In this document: one piece after another, positions 1 to 8,798 of the stretch
Layout: the number at the start of each line of letters is the position of its first letter
Numbering within the stretch: position 1 is the stretch's first letter
Source: Capsulimonadales bacterium
Lineage (GTDB): Bacteria > Armatimonadota > Armatimonadia > Armatimonadales > Armatimonadaceae
Direction of reading: 5' to 3'
NCBI GenBank assembly: GCA_033762295.1
Contig: JANRLW010000077.1
Span: 18,151-82,150 of the forward strand
DNA: 64,000 nucleotides
Made by a program: the position numbers and the translations under genes
Notes under the pieces: model-generated
Seen by the model: only the letters and a program-made list of their open reading frames with translations
Told to the model about the DNA's origin: nothing
Database searches by the model: none

Positions 1-280
1 CGGGATCATCCTGCGGGCGAGCATGGATATCGTCCGGCACATCGGTAAGGGCGCGGATCCGGCTCAGGTCGGTGTCGGCCTGCCGGGCGATCGCCGCCGA
101 AATCCAGCCGTCGGTCGATTCTCGCGAGGCCAGAATCCGGGCGTCGGTCGAATAGTTCCCGGCGTCGGCGCGAGTGATGGACGTTTGAACCGGCTGCAAC
201 GCACCGCTTTTGCTGCCGCAGCCCGTCAGCAGTCCGACACTGATGCCACAGAGAACGAACGGAATGATCCGGTTTCGCAT
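1..280 (-). CDS. Putative lipoprotein, N-terminal part (truncated by window edge; not in ORF track)
   Basis: ATG at 280 with AAGGAAGG RBS just after the esterase stop. Reads MRNRIIPFVLCGISVGLLTGC-GSKSG, a signal peptide with lipobox LTGC. Frame stays open to the window start. Confidence 0.7.
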   Translation of the reverse strand, partial: MRNRIIPFVLCGISVGLLTGCGSKSGALQPVQTSITRADAGNYSTDARILASRESTDGWISAAIARQADTDLSRIRALTDVPDDIHARPQDDP

Positions 281-291
281 AGTTACCTTCC

Positions 292-2334
292 TTACGGTTG
301 ATCGGTCCGAAACGGCGCGACGGGCAACCCGTTCCGGCTGTACAGATTGACGACCGGGTAGTCGGCCCATCCGAAACGAACGGCGACCGGTTCCGGGACT
401 TCCGGCGAGGAGACGACCACGGTTTCCTGCCCGACAATCCGCGCGTCCGCGCGCACGAACCGACCGTCCCGTCCCGCGACGGAGAACCCGACCACCGTCC
501 CGGGCGGATGCGTCTTGCCGGCGGTGTCCGTCGCACGAGCTTCCAGCCCCGGACCGACCATTTTGAACGTTACGAACACCTTTCCCGTTTCCACCTTCAT
601 TGTTTTGAACGACGGGCTGATGGCGGCGACCGGTTCACCGTAGGCGATCTTCCGCGCCAGCATCGCGAGCCGCTCACCGACCGGGCCTTTTCGCTGCGGA
701 TGAATGTCCTTTTCATCGCCGAGATCGGTGATGACCGCCGTTCCGGTGCGCGGAACCGATTCGCCGGTGCGCCACTGAACCTCGCGCAGGGCCGCCCATT
801 GCGATTCGGCCGGTTCCGACCGGATTGTCGAAAACGGAGCCAGTTGTACGATCAGAAACGGGAAGTCCCCGACCTCGAACTCCCGTCGCCAGTCGGCGAT
901 CAGAGCGGGAAGCTGCTCTCGATATCGTCGGGCGTACGGAGCGTTCGCCTCCCCCTGATACCAGATTACCCCGGCAATGGCGTAATGGCGCAACGGATGC
1001 ACCATGGCATTATACAATCCGGTCGCCAGATTGGGGTTGGTTTCGCCGGGCGGCGGTCCGGGATAGGTCGGCCGCGCGCGTTCGACGCGGAACGTCCACT
1101 CTCCCGCGAGCGGAACGTACCTCGCCGGATCGCCCTCCACGGTCAGGCGCATCTCCTCCGGTTTTCCCATGAACCCACCGCCGTACTCGGTGTCCCAGAC
1201 ACGGACGGCGAGGACGTTTTCGCCGGGCTTCAGTCGCTCGGCAGGGATCTTATAGACCCGGGGATGTTGCCACCAGTTCGGCGTCTCCCGCCCGGTCGCG
1301 CCGACACGAACGCCGTTGACGAACGTCACATCGACGTCGTCGATCGGGCCGAGGGTCAGTTTCAGTTCTTTTCCGGCGAACTCCGGGGGCAGGGTAAACG
1401 TCCGCCGGAACCAGACGCCGCCGTTGATATCTTTCAGTTCGTCGGGACCGGCCTCGTCGAAGGGTGAGGGCAGTGTGACCGGCAGCCATTCCGGAGTTGC
1501 CGCCTCCGGCAGGGACCAGGTCTGCGCCTCCGGAGCGATTCCGGGGTCGTCGAAACCGCCCTGCGGCGTCCCGGCGGCCCGCCACCGTTCCAGACGCTTC
1601 TGATAACGGGCCAGAGCCTCCTTCAGCGGGGGATGGTCGGGATCGAGTGTTGCCAGTTCCTCAGGCGGGGTTCCGACGGATTCCAGTGCGGTCCGGCTCA
1701 TCCATGCTTCGATTCGGGTGCCGCCCCAGGAGGTGTGGATGAGGCCGATCGGGACGCGACGGGCGGCGCGGAGCGATTTGCCGAAGTGGTAGCCGACGGC
1801 GGAGAAACCGCCGACAAACGACGGAAGCGCCGGTTCCCAGCGTCCGCCCGCCGTCTCCTCCTTCGGTGTCCGCGAGATGAGGTTGGACACCGTGAACATA
1901 CGAAGATACGGGTCGTTGGCGCGGACGATCTCCTCTTTGCCTGTTTTCAGGCTCGCCATACGCATTCCCATATTGCTCTGCCCGGAGCAGACCCAGACCT
2001 CACCGACCAGGATATCCCGAACGACGAGGCGATTTTTGCCGCTGACGACCAGGGTATGCGGTCCCCCGGCCGGAAGCGGTGTCCATCGGACCATCCACCG
2101 GCCGTTCGCGTCCGTGACGACGGTTGCCGTCCTTCCTGCCAGTTCGACCCGAACCGACTCACCGGGATCGGCCCGGCCCACGAACCGGAGAGGGATTTTC
2201 TGCTGCAACACCATTCCGTCGGAGATCAACGGCGGCAGGGAAACGTCGGCTCGCACGGCGGGAACCAACGAGAGGAGAAGGAGGGAAAGGAGGGCGGCGG
2301 CATCGCCCGCCCCCCGGAGGTTCGATACCGTCAT
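292..2334 (-). CDS. Sialate O-acetylesterase (SASA/DUF303, SGNH family) with inserted jelly-roll sugar-binding domain; secreted
   Basis: Signal peptide; GEVWVCSGQSNM, WGGTRIEAW, GVIWYQGEAN and DIHP motifs; internal GVWFRRTF...LGPIDDVDVTFVNG domain. Confidence 0.9.
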   Translation of the reverse strand: MTVSNLRGAGDAAALLSLLLLSLVPAVRADVSLPPLISDGMVLQQKIPLRFVGRADPGESVRVELAGRTATVVTDANGRWMVRWTPLPAGGPHTLVVSGKNRLVVRDILVGEVWVCSGQSNMGMRMASLKTGKEEIVRANDPYLRMFTVSNLISRTPKEETAGGRWEPALPSFVGGFSAVGYHFGKSLRAARRVPIGLIHTSWGGTRIEAWMSRTALESVGTPPEELATLDPDHPPLKEALARYQKRLERWRAAGTPQGGFDDPGIAPEAQTWSLPEAATPEWLPVTLPSPFDEAGPDELKDINGGVWFRRTFTLPPEFAGKELKLTLGPIDDVDVTFVNGVRVGATGRETPNWWQHPRVYKIPAERLKPGENVLAVRVWDTEYGGGFMGKPEEMRLTVEGDPARYVPLAGEWTFRVERARPTYPGPPPGETNPNLATGLYNAMVHPLRHYAIAGVIWYQGEANAPYARRYREQLPALIADWRREFEVGDFPFLIVQLAPFSTIRSEPAESQWAALREVQWRTGESVPRTGTAVITDLGDEKDIHPQRKGPVGERLAMLARKIAYGEPVAAISPSFKTMKVETGKVFVTFKMVGPGLEARATDTAGKTHPPGTVVGFSVAGRDGRFVRADARIVGQETVVVSSPEVPEPVAVRFGWADYPVVNLYSRNGLPVAPFRTDQP

Positions 2335-3572
2335 TTGATGACTTTGGAGAATCCGCTGTCCTGGTACTCGGCGTAGACCCGGTTGTAGACCGCCTTCGTT
2401 TGTTCGGCGATCACGTCCCAGTTGAACACGACTTTCAGCCGTTCGTAGGCGGCATCGGCCATCTGTTCGGCGAACGCCGGGTCTTTGAGGACTCGAACAA
2501 TCCCCCAGGCGAGCGAGTCCGGGTCGTTGACATAGGTCACCGTTCCCGTGACATCGTGCTGCACGACCTCGGGCAGTCCGCCCGCGTTCGAGACGACGAC
2601 CGGCACCCGCGCGGCCATCGCTTCGAGCGCCACGATGCCGAACGGTTCGTACAGCGACGGGTAGACGGCGACATCGGCGACCTGGTACAGGCGGTCCCGG
2701 TCTTCGTCGGAGACGCGCCCGGTGAACAGGACCGTTTCGCCGCAGCCGAGGTTTCGCGCCAGTTGTTCCAGGTGGTCCCGTTGACCGCCGCCGGCGATGA
2801 CCAGTTTGGCATCGGTGTACTGCGCACGGACCCGCGGCAGGGCCTCGATCAGCATCTGCGCGCCCTTTTCGCGAACCATTCGCCCGATAAAGAAGATCAT
2901 CTTCTCGAACGGAGCGGCGAACCGGTTGCGGAACGCCGCCCGCTCCGGTCCGGTGAACGGTCCGGCAAATTCGTTGATTTTCACGCCGTTGTAGATGATG
3001 TCGATCTTATCCGTGGGGGTGTGCAACGAGTACTGGATTTCGCCGCGCATGAACTCGGTGCAGACGATTACGCGCCAGGCTTCGTACTGCAGGTCCCATT
3101 CGCAACGGTTGATGTAGCGTTGCAGATCGGTATGGATTCCGTTATTGCGACCGAACTCGGTGGCATGGATGGTGGCGATCAGCGGCAGGCGGTACTTATA
3201 CTTCAACGAGCGGCCGGCGAACAGCCCGAGCCAGTCATGAACATGGAGCAGGATCGGTTTCTTGCGGTTTTTGGGGGCGCGATTGTTCTTCGCCACCATC
3301 TCGCCGAGAATCTCATCCGCCCGTCGTTCCATTTCGACGTTCAGGAGGTGTACCCAGTGGACGAAATCGTTCGCCTCCTGGCGGACATTCACGCGGTGGA
3401 TAAAGAGGTTCTTCGCTTGCTCCTCCTCCTCCGGCCCTCCGGACGCGCCACACGTGATGACATGGACTTCAACCCCCTGTTTCGCCAGGGCCGGGGCAAG
3501 CCCTTCGAGAGCGGCAGCGATGCCGCCCACGCGCATTGGCGGATACTCCCAGGATAGCATGATGACGCGCAC
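2331..3572 (-). CDS. Glycosyltransferase family 4
   Basis: SWEYPP..VGG N-terminus; HVHDW, TIHATE, GRMVREKG and YEPFGIVALEAM (EX7E) motifs; ATGA overlap with the esterase. Confidence 0.9.
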   Translation of the reverse strand: MRVIMLSWEYPPMRVGGIAAALEGLAPALAKQGVEVHVITCGASGGPEEEEQAKNLFIHRVNVRQEANDFVHWVHLLNVEMERRADEILGEMVAKNNRAPKNRKKPILLHVHDWLGLFAGRSLKYKYRLPLIATIHATEFGRNNGIHTDLQRYINRCEWDLQYEAWRVIVCTEFMRGEIQYSLHTPTDKIDIIYNGVKINEFAGPFTGPERAAFRNRFAAPFEKMIFFIGRMVREKGAQMLIEALPRVRAQYTDAKLVIAGGGQRDHLEQLARNLGCGETVLFTGRVSDEDRDRLYQVADVAVYPSLYEPFGIVALEAMAARVPVVVSNAGGLPEVVQHDVTGTVTYVNDPDSLAWGIVRVLKDPAFAEQMADAAYERLKVVFNWDVIAEQTKAVYNRVYAEYQDSGFSKVIK

Positions 3573-3701
3573 GGTTTGTATCCTCGCTTTCGGCGGTATT
3601 TTATCGGGCGTCGTCTTGCGACGAAACCCGATCGATAGGTCGACCCGGTATGATCGTTTGAGTCGCCCGATTTTAACACGAAAGCGATCGGCTTGTACAG
3701 A

Positions 3702-3732
3702 GGAGGCCGCTTCCCCCGACGGAGCGGCCTCC
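3702..3732 (-). terminator. Hairpin downstream of the fucosidase
   Basis: GGAGGCCGCT...AGCGGCCTCC inverted repeat; no strong U-tract. Confidence 0.45.
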
Positions 3733-3741
3733 CTGCGGAGA

Positions 3742-5055
3742 CTATTTCAGGTACAGTTCGATCACCGGCACGGTGACGTTCGGTTTCTGTATCGGAAGTC
3801 GGAGAGCCAGGGTATCCTTGCCGCCCGCGTTCCCGCCCACCGCCTGCCAGGGTTCCACATCCTGCATCCGGACTTCCGAGGCGTCGTTGAGCAGTTGCGC
3901 ATACTCGACCCGATTCCCCAGACCGTCGAGGTAGAGCTGTCCGAACGGCCAGGCGAGCACATGAACGTACAGACGGCGGGTGGTCGGGTTGTAGGTGTAG
4001 CGGCAATCGGTCGGCGCGTTGCCGAACTCGACGGGGGCCTGCGTACAGCCGTAGATGCTGCGCGAATGACGCTTCATCCACTCCCCCATACCCGCCAGTC
4101 GACTGAGCGCCCGTTCGTCGAACTCGCCGCGCCCGGTGGGGCCGACATTGAGGAGGAGATTCCCTCCCTTGCTGACCGTATCGATCAGCATCAGGATCAG
4201 CATTTCCACCGACTTCCAGGAAGACTCGTCGCGGTGGTACCCCCAGGAGCCGGAAAAGGTCTGGCAAGCCTCCCAGACGACCGGTTTGCCCTCATGACGC
4301 ACCCAGCCGCGCGGTTGGAACTGCTCCGGCGTTTTAATGTCCCAGCCGTCGGGCAGGTCCAGACGGTCGTTCAGGATGATTCCCGGCTGCAGGTCGCGCA
4401 CCAGTTTCACCAGGGTTTCCGACTGCCAGGACTCCCGGCTTTTTCGGGGGAGATTCCGGTTCGGATCGCCGTCGGGACCGGGCGTGAAATCGTACCAGAG
4501 GATATCGACCGCGCCGAACTGGGTCAGGAGTTCGCGGGTCTGCCCGTGCAGGTAATCGGCGTACCGCTTCATATCGCGTTCGGCATCGGCGGCACGGTAG
4601 GCGGCGTCATCCCGTTGCGGGTGATGAATGTCCAGGGTGTAGTCGGGGTGATGCCAGTCGATGATCGAATGGTAGAACCCGACGCGAAGATTCCGTTCAC
4701 GGAAGGCATGGACCATCGGTCGGAGGACGTCCTTGCCGTACGGGGTATTGGTCACCTTGTACTCGGTGAGTGCCGAGTCCCAGAGACAGAACCCCTCGTG
4801 GTGTTTGGTCGTGATGACGAAATACTTCATCCCGGCGTTCGCCGCCGCTTCCGCCCAGAGCGTCGGATCGTAAAGGTCGGGATCGAAGTGACGGAAGTAC
4901 TTTTCATAGTCGGCGGTGGTAATCCGCTCGTGGCTCTTGACCCATTCGTGCCGTGCCGGCAGAGCGTACAGTCCCCAGTGAATGAACAGGCCGAAGCGGT
5001 CCCGGACGAACCAGGCAGTGTCGCCGTCGGTCGGTTCAGGCGTCGGAATCGTCAT
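3742..5055 (-). CDS. Alpha-L-fucosidase (GH29)
   Basis: RFGLFIHWGLY, TTKHHEGFCLW, ILWYD (nucleophile), WEACQT and GGNLLLNVGP motifs. Start moved to ATG 5055, which has a GAGG RBS. Confidence 0.92.
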   Translation of the reverse strand: MTIPTPEPTDGDTAWFVRDRFGLFIHWGLYALPARHEWVKSHERITTADYEKYFRHFDPDLYDPTLWAEAAANAGMKYFVITTKHHEGFCLWDSALTEYKVTNTPYGKDVLRPMVHAFRERNLRVGFYHSIIDWHHPDYTLDIHHPQRDDAAYRAADAERDMKRYADYLHGQTRELLTQFGAVDILWYDFTPGPDGDPNRNLPRKSRESWQSETLVKLVRDLQPGIILNDRLDLPDGWDIKTPEQFQPRGWVRHEGKPVVWEACQTFSGSWGYHRDESSWKSVEMLILMLIDTVSKGGNLLLNVGPTGRGEFDERALSRLAGMGEWMKRHSRSIYGCTQAPVEFGNAPTDCRYTYNPTTRRLYVHVLAWPFGQLYLDGLGNRVEYAQLLNDASEVRMQDVEPWQAVGGNAGGKDTLALRLPIQKPNVTVPVIELYLK

Positions 5056-5264
5056 TGTCGTTACCTCTCGTTCTTCGCAGGAAGGTTTTCCGATATTTTT
5101 CCTTTCGCCGGCCGGTATCGGTTTCTCCTGCGGTCGGCTCCTTTTCGTGAATCTCTGCGGAGAGGACACGACGGCGTGCGATGCCTGACGGGAACGGGGT
5201 GTTCGGCGGACGGAGTGACGGAGGAGGACGGGCGCGGCCCTTCGGAGGACGTAGCGGGTGAGTC

Positions 5265-5813
5265 CTAGAACTGGGCCAGTTTATTGCCTCCCTGTACGTC
5301 GGGCCGCCAAGCATACAGGGAGCGTCGGACACGGCTGCGAGCGCGTGAAAGACGAGAGCGCACGGTCCCCAGAGGAACGCCCAGGTATTCGCTGATCTCC
5401 TGATAGGACTGTCCGTTCATATCGGACATCACCAGGACGATCCGGTAATCCTCCGGCAGGTTTGCGACCGCTCGCATCAGGGCTTCGTTTTCGAGATGGG
5501 AAAAGACCTGCCGTTCCGGACCGGGCAGGGTCGGCATCACCGGGTCGGGGTTTTCCATCGCGTCCAGACTTACGGGGCGAGGGGAGCGGACTCGCATACG
5601 GTAACCGTTGATGAACAGGTTACGGAGGATCGTCAGCATCCAGGCGCGAACGGGACCGTCGGCGCGGAACGATTCGAACCCGCGCAGGGCCCGCAGGGTC
5701 GTTTCCTGTACCAGGTCCTCCGCCTCATCGGGATTGTGCGTCAGGGTGAGGGCGTGTCCGTACAGCGCGTCCCGATGTACCAGCACCGCCTGCTCGAAAT
5801 CCCGCTGGCTCAT
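5265..5813 (-). CDS. ECF RNA polymerase sigma factor
   Basis: AEDLVQET, WMLTILRN (region 2) and SYQEISEYLGVPLGTVRSRLSRAR (region 4); start ATG 5813 after GAGG. Confidence 0.9.
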   Translation of the reverse strand: MSQRDFEQAVLVHRDALYGHALTLTHNPDEAEDLVQETTLRALRGFESFRADGPVRAWMLTILRNLFINGYRMRVRSPRPVSLDAMENPDPVMPTLPGPERQVFSHLENEALMRAVANLPEDYRIVLVMSDMNGQSYQEISEYLGVPLGTVRSRLSRARSRVRRSLYAWRPDVQGGNKLAQF

Positions 5814-5838
5814 GGCGTACCTCTGCGCTCTGTCCCGC

Positions 5839-6534
5839 TCATTTTGCCCCCTCCCCTCCGTTGGCCGGTTCCGCCCCCGGCACGGACACGGTTCCGTCGT
5901 CGAGCAGATACCGCGCCTGCTCATGGATTAACTTCAGAGTGCCGACCGTCTTTTCCTCGTCGCCATAGACAAGATGCTGCAAAATGACACCGTCAATACC
6001 GGCGACCAGAAAGTTCCGCAACCGGTCCATGGTCAATCCCGGGCGCAGGGCTCGACCGGTATCCGTGTGCCGCTGCAAAATCTCTCCGATCAGACCATGA
6101 AGCGCGTCATAGATGGCGAGCACCTGCTGATGGGCCAGAGGATCGCGCATTCCGCGCACGAGCAGATCGTATCTCAGCACGCCCGGCCGTTTTCGGACGA
6201 TCTCCCAGGTGTAATGGAACGCTCGTTCGAGGGCGGTGGTCACATCCGGCGCCCCCTCGATGGCCGCCCGCACCTCCGCCAGTGTCTGCTCCAGCGTGAA
6301 GGTGACCGCTTCCGAGAGCAACGTCTCCTTGGTGCCGAAGTAATAGTGGAGGGTGGCGATATTGACCCCCGCTTCACGGGCGATATCGCGAGTCGTGATC
6401 CGTTCGTAACCGATCCGGATCAGGGCCGTGCGCGCCGCTTCGAGTATCCGTTCCCGCTGCAGATCACGTCGCAGTTCCGAACGGTGCTCTTTCGGACGGG
6501 CGGCCTCCGAACTGTCATTTACCGTATCTTCCAT
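5839..6534 (-). CDS. TetR/AcrR family transcriptional regulator
   Basis: ILEAA...GYERITTRDIAREAGVNIATLHYYFGTKETL helix-turn-helix. Confidence 0.92.
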   Translation of the reverse strand: MEDTVNDSSEAARPKEHRSELRRDLQRERILEAARTALIRIGYERITTRDIAREAGVNIATLHYYFGTKETLLSEAVTFTLEQTLAEVRAAIEGAPDVTTALERAFHYTWEIVRKRPGVLRYDLLVRGMRDPLAHQQVLAIYDALHGLIGEILQRHTDTGRALRPGLTMDRLRNFLVAGIDGVILQHLVYGDEEKTVGTLKLIHEQARYLLDDGTVSVPGAEPANGGEGAK

Positions 6535-6605
6535 CGACCGCCGCCTTTGTGCCCGAACCGTTCGGTCGCCACCGGTTCACCCGGCGGACAGGACCGCAGA
6601 CGATA

Positions 6606-6665
6606 TTTAATCACTTGATTGAAGTCTTGTTTGTTGGGTATATCGCACGTTTCGCCGGGGGTCAA
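6606..6665 (-). promoter_or_regulatory. Putative tetR promoter with downstream palindromic operator
   Basis: Minus-strand TTGACC (6665-6660), 17 nt, TATACC (6642-6637); imperfect palindrome TTTAATCActTGATTGAA at 6606-6623. Confidence 0.5.
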
Positions 6666-6738
6666 GGGAGGCGGGACGATTTCCGGGGAGTTTTTCCCGT
6701 TCGACGTTTCGCGGAAACACGGAGGCAGCGAAGACCGA

Positions 6739-6764
6739 TCCCCGCTCGGTCAGGCGAGCGGGGA
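6739..6764 (-). terminator. Hairpin downstream of pilB
   Basis: 10-bp stem TCCCCGCTCG/CGAGCGGGGA. Confidence 0.45.
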
Positions 6765-6814
6765 GGTTGTTTCAGGCTCGACGGCGGACCCGATCCGGGG
6801 CCGTAATCCGTCGA

Positions 6815-8530
6815 TTAACCGGCGTAGATGACGCGCAGCGACTCCTCCAGGGTGGTGATTCCCAGAAGGATCTTCTCCATCGCGTCCTCTTTCAGGGTTT
6901 TCATTCCGGCCTCGATGGCCGCCTCACGAATGGCGTAGGCGGAGGCATGGGCAAGGATCAGTTCTCGCACCTTATCGGTGACGGGCATCAGTTCGTAGCA
7001 GCCGACGCGCCCCTTGTAGCCGCTTCCCTTGCAGGTGTCGCAGCCTCGACCCCGGAAGAACGTGACCTTGCTGCGATCGATCTCCTCGAGATTCATCCCG
7101 AGTCGCTTGATGGCATCGCGCGGCGGTTCGTAGGGCTGTTTGCACTTCTCACAGACCTTGCGCAGCAGACGCTGGGCCATGATGCCGACCGTCGCCGAGG
7201 CGATCAGGAAGGGTTCGACCCCCATATCCATCAGACGGGCGACCGCGCCGGGCGCGTCGTTGGTGTGCAGGGTGGAGAAGACCAGGTGTCCGGTCAGCGC
7301 GGCCTCGATCGCGATCATCGCCGTTTCCTGGTCGCGCATCTCGCCGACCATGATGATGTCCGGGTCCTGACGGAGCATCGAGCGCAGACCGGCGGCGAAC
7401 GTCATGCCGGCTTTTTTGTTGACGCCGACCTGGGTGATCCCGGGAATCTCGTACTCGACCGGGTCCTCGATCGTCAGGATGTTCTTCTCTCCGCTGTTCA
7501 CCTTCGCGAGCGACGAGTACAGCGTGGTCGACTTTCCGGAGCCGGTCGGTCCGGTGACCAGGATGATGCCGTAGGACCGCATCAGCATGGATTCGAACAT
7601 CTCGAAGGTATGCGGCAGGAGACCGAGGCGATGGAGGCCGATATTAATGTTGCTCTTGTCGAGAACGCGCATAACGATCTTCTCGCCGAAGACCGCGGGA
7701 AGCGTGGAAACGCGAAAGTCGAACGGTTTCCCCTCGATGATGAGCGAGATTCGTCCGTCCTGCGGGACGCGCTTCTCGGCGATATCCATCTCGGCCATGA
7801 TCTTGATACGCGACGTGAGGGAAGCCTGCGCCTTCTTCGGGATCAGAAGTCCGTCGACCAGAATGCCGTCGATACGATAACGGACCTTGAGGCAGTCGCG
7901 GGCCGGTTCGATATGGATATCCGATGCCTTTTCGGTGATGCCACGCGCGATCACGGCATTGGCGAGCTTGATGATCGGGGCGTCGTCGGCGGCCTGCCGT
8001 TCCTCCTCGACCGAGGCGGCGATCTCCGGGCGCGTATTGTCGAGCGATACGTCCTCATCCTCGAAATCCTTGAGAACCTTATCGACCGCGTCCCCGACCC
8101 CTCGATACGCTTCCTGGATGGCAAAGGTGATGTCTTCCTCGGTCGCGATGATCGGATCGACCTCTTTGCCGGTGATGAGACGGATTTCGTCGGTCGCAAA
8201 GATATCGAGCGGGTTTTTCATCGCCAGTTTCAGGCGATTGCCGCGTACCTCCAGCGGAATGACCTTATATCGACGGGCGAGATCCTGTGATATCAGTTGT
8301 GCGGCGCCGGGATCGACGGTGTCGGTGGAAAGGTCGGCATAGGGAACGCCCCAGTGCTCTCCCAGAACTCGTGTGCGGTCTCGTTCCGTCACCGCGCCCA
8401 TCGACACGAGAAGATCACCGAGCTGCTTTCCTCCCCCCAGTTGTTTCTGTTTCTCGAGAGCGCTATATAGTTGCTCGTTGGTAATCAATCCCTTACGAAC
8501 AAAAATCTCTCCGATTCGTTCACCTTGCAT
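6815..8530 (-). CDS. pilB: Type IV pilus/T2SS assembly ATPase (PilB/GspE) with N-terminal MshEN-type motif
   Basis: ASDIHIEP, Walker A GPTGSGKST, TIEDPVE, LRQDPDIIMVGEMRD, TGHLVFSTLHTN and CxxC/CxxC motifs. Confidence 0.92.
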   Translation of the reverse strand: MQGERIGEIFVRKGLITNEQLYSALEKQKQLGGGKQLGDLLVSMGAVTERDRTRVLGEHWGVPYADLSTDTVDPGAAQLISQDLARRYKVIPLEVRGNRLKLAMKNPLDIFATDEIRLITGKEVDPIIATEEDITFAIQEAYRGVGDAVDKVLKDFEDEDVSLDNTRPEIAASVEEERQAADDAPIIKLANAVIARGITEKASDIHIEPARDCLKVRYRIDGILVDGLLIPKKAQASLTSRIKIMAEMDIAEKRVPQDGRISLIIEGKPFDFRVSTLPAVFGEKIVMRVLDKSNINIGLHRLGLLPHTFEMFESMLMRSYGIILVTGPTGSGKSTTLYSSLAKVNSGEKNILTIEDPVEYEIPGITQVGVNKKAGMTFAAGLRSMLRQDPDIIMVGEMRDQETAMIAIEAALTGHLVFSTLHTNDAPGAVARLMDMGVEPFLIASATVGIMAQRLLRKVCEKCKQPYEPPRDAIKRLGMNLEEIDRSKVTFFRGRGCDTCKGSGYKGRVGCYELMPVTDKVRELILAHASAYAIREAAIEAGMKTLKEDAMEKILLGITTLEESLRVIYAG

Positions 8531-8731
8531 AGTATCGGGGTGTTCCTATCGAATATTATGGCGATTGGTGCCGTCGCTTTTACCGGGCCGCGGTCCATCC
8601 CTGGTTTCCTGCACGAGTTCGTTCGGCGGGCCGGAAAGAGACACTTCATTTTCGGTATGCGCCGTCAAAATCCGGACTTTTTACGGAAACGGATACATGG
8701 CCCGGTCATTCGGGTCGGAGGGGCGCAAAAC

Positions 8732-8775
8732 GACAAAGCGAACGGCGGGGACGTTTTTCGCTCCCCGCCGTTCGC
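8732..8775 (-). terminator. Intrinsic terminator after the secretin gene
   Basis: 14-bp stem GCGAACGGCGGGGA/TCCCCGCCGTTCGC followed on the minus strand by TTTGTCGTTTT. Confidence 0.65.
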
Positions 8776-8798
8776 CTCTTGTCCGCAATCGGTCGTCG

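Noticed and set aside
3262..5268. 668-aa plus-strand ORF, and similar long ORFs at 6767-8290, 15743-17656, 18680-20860, 28911-30569, 37600-39381 and 62105-63526
   Set aside because: All are antisense to well-supported genes and lack recognisable domains.
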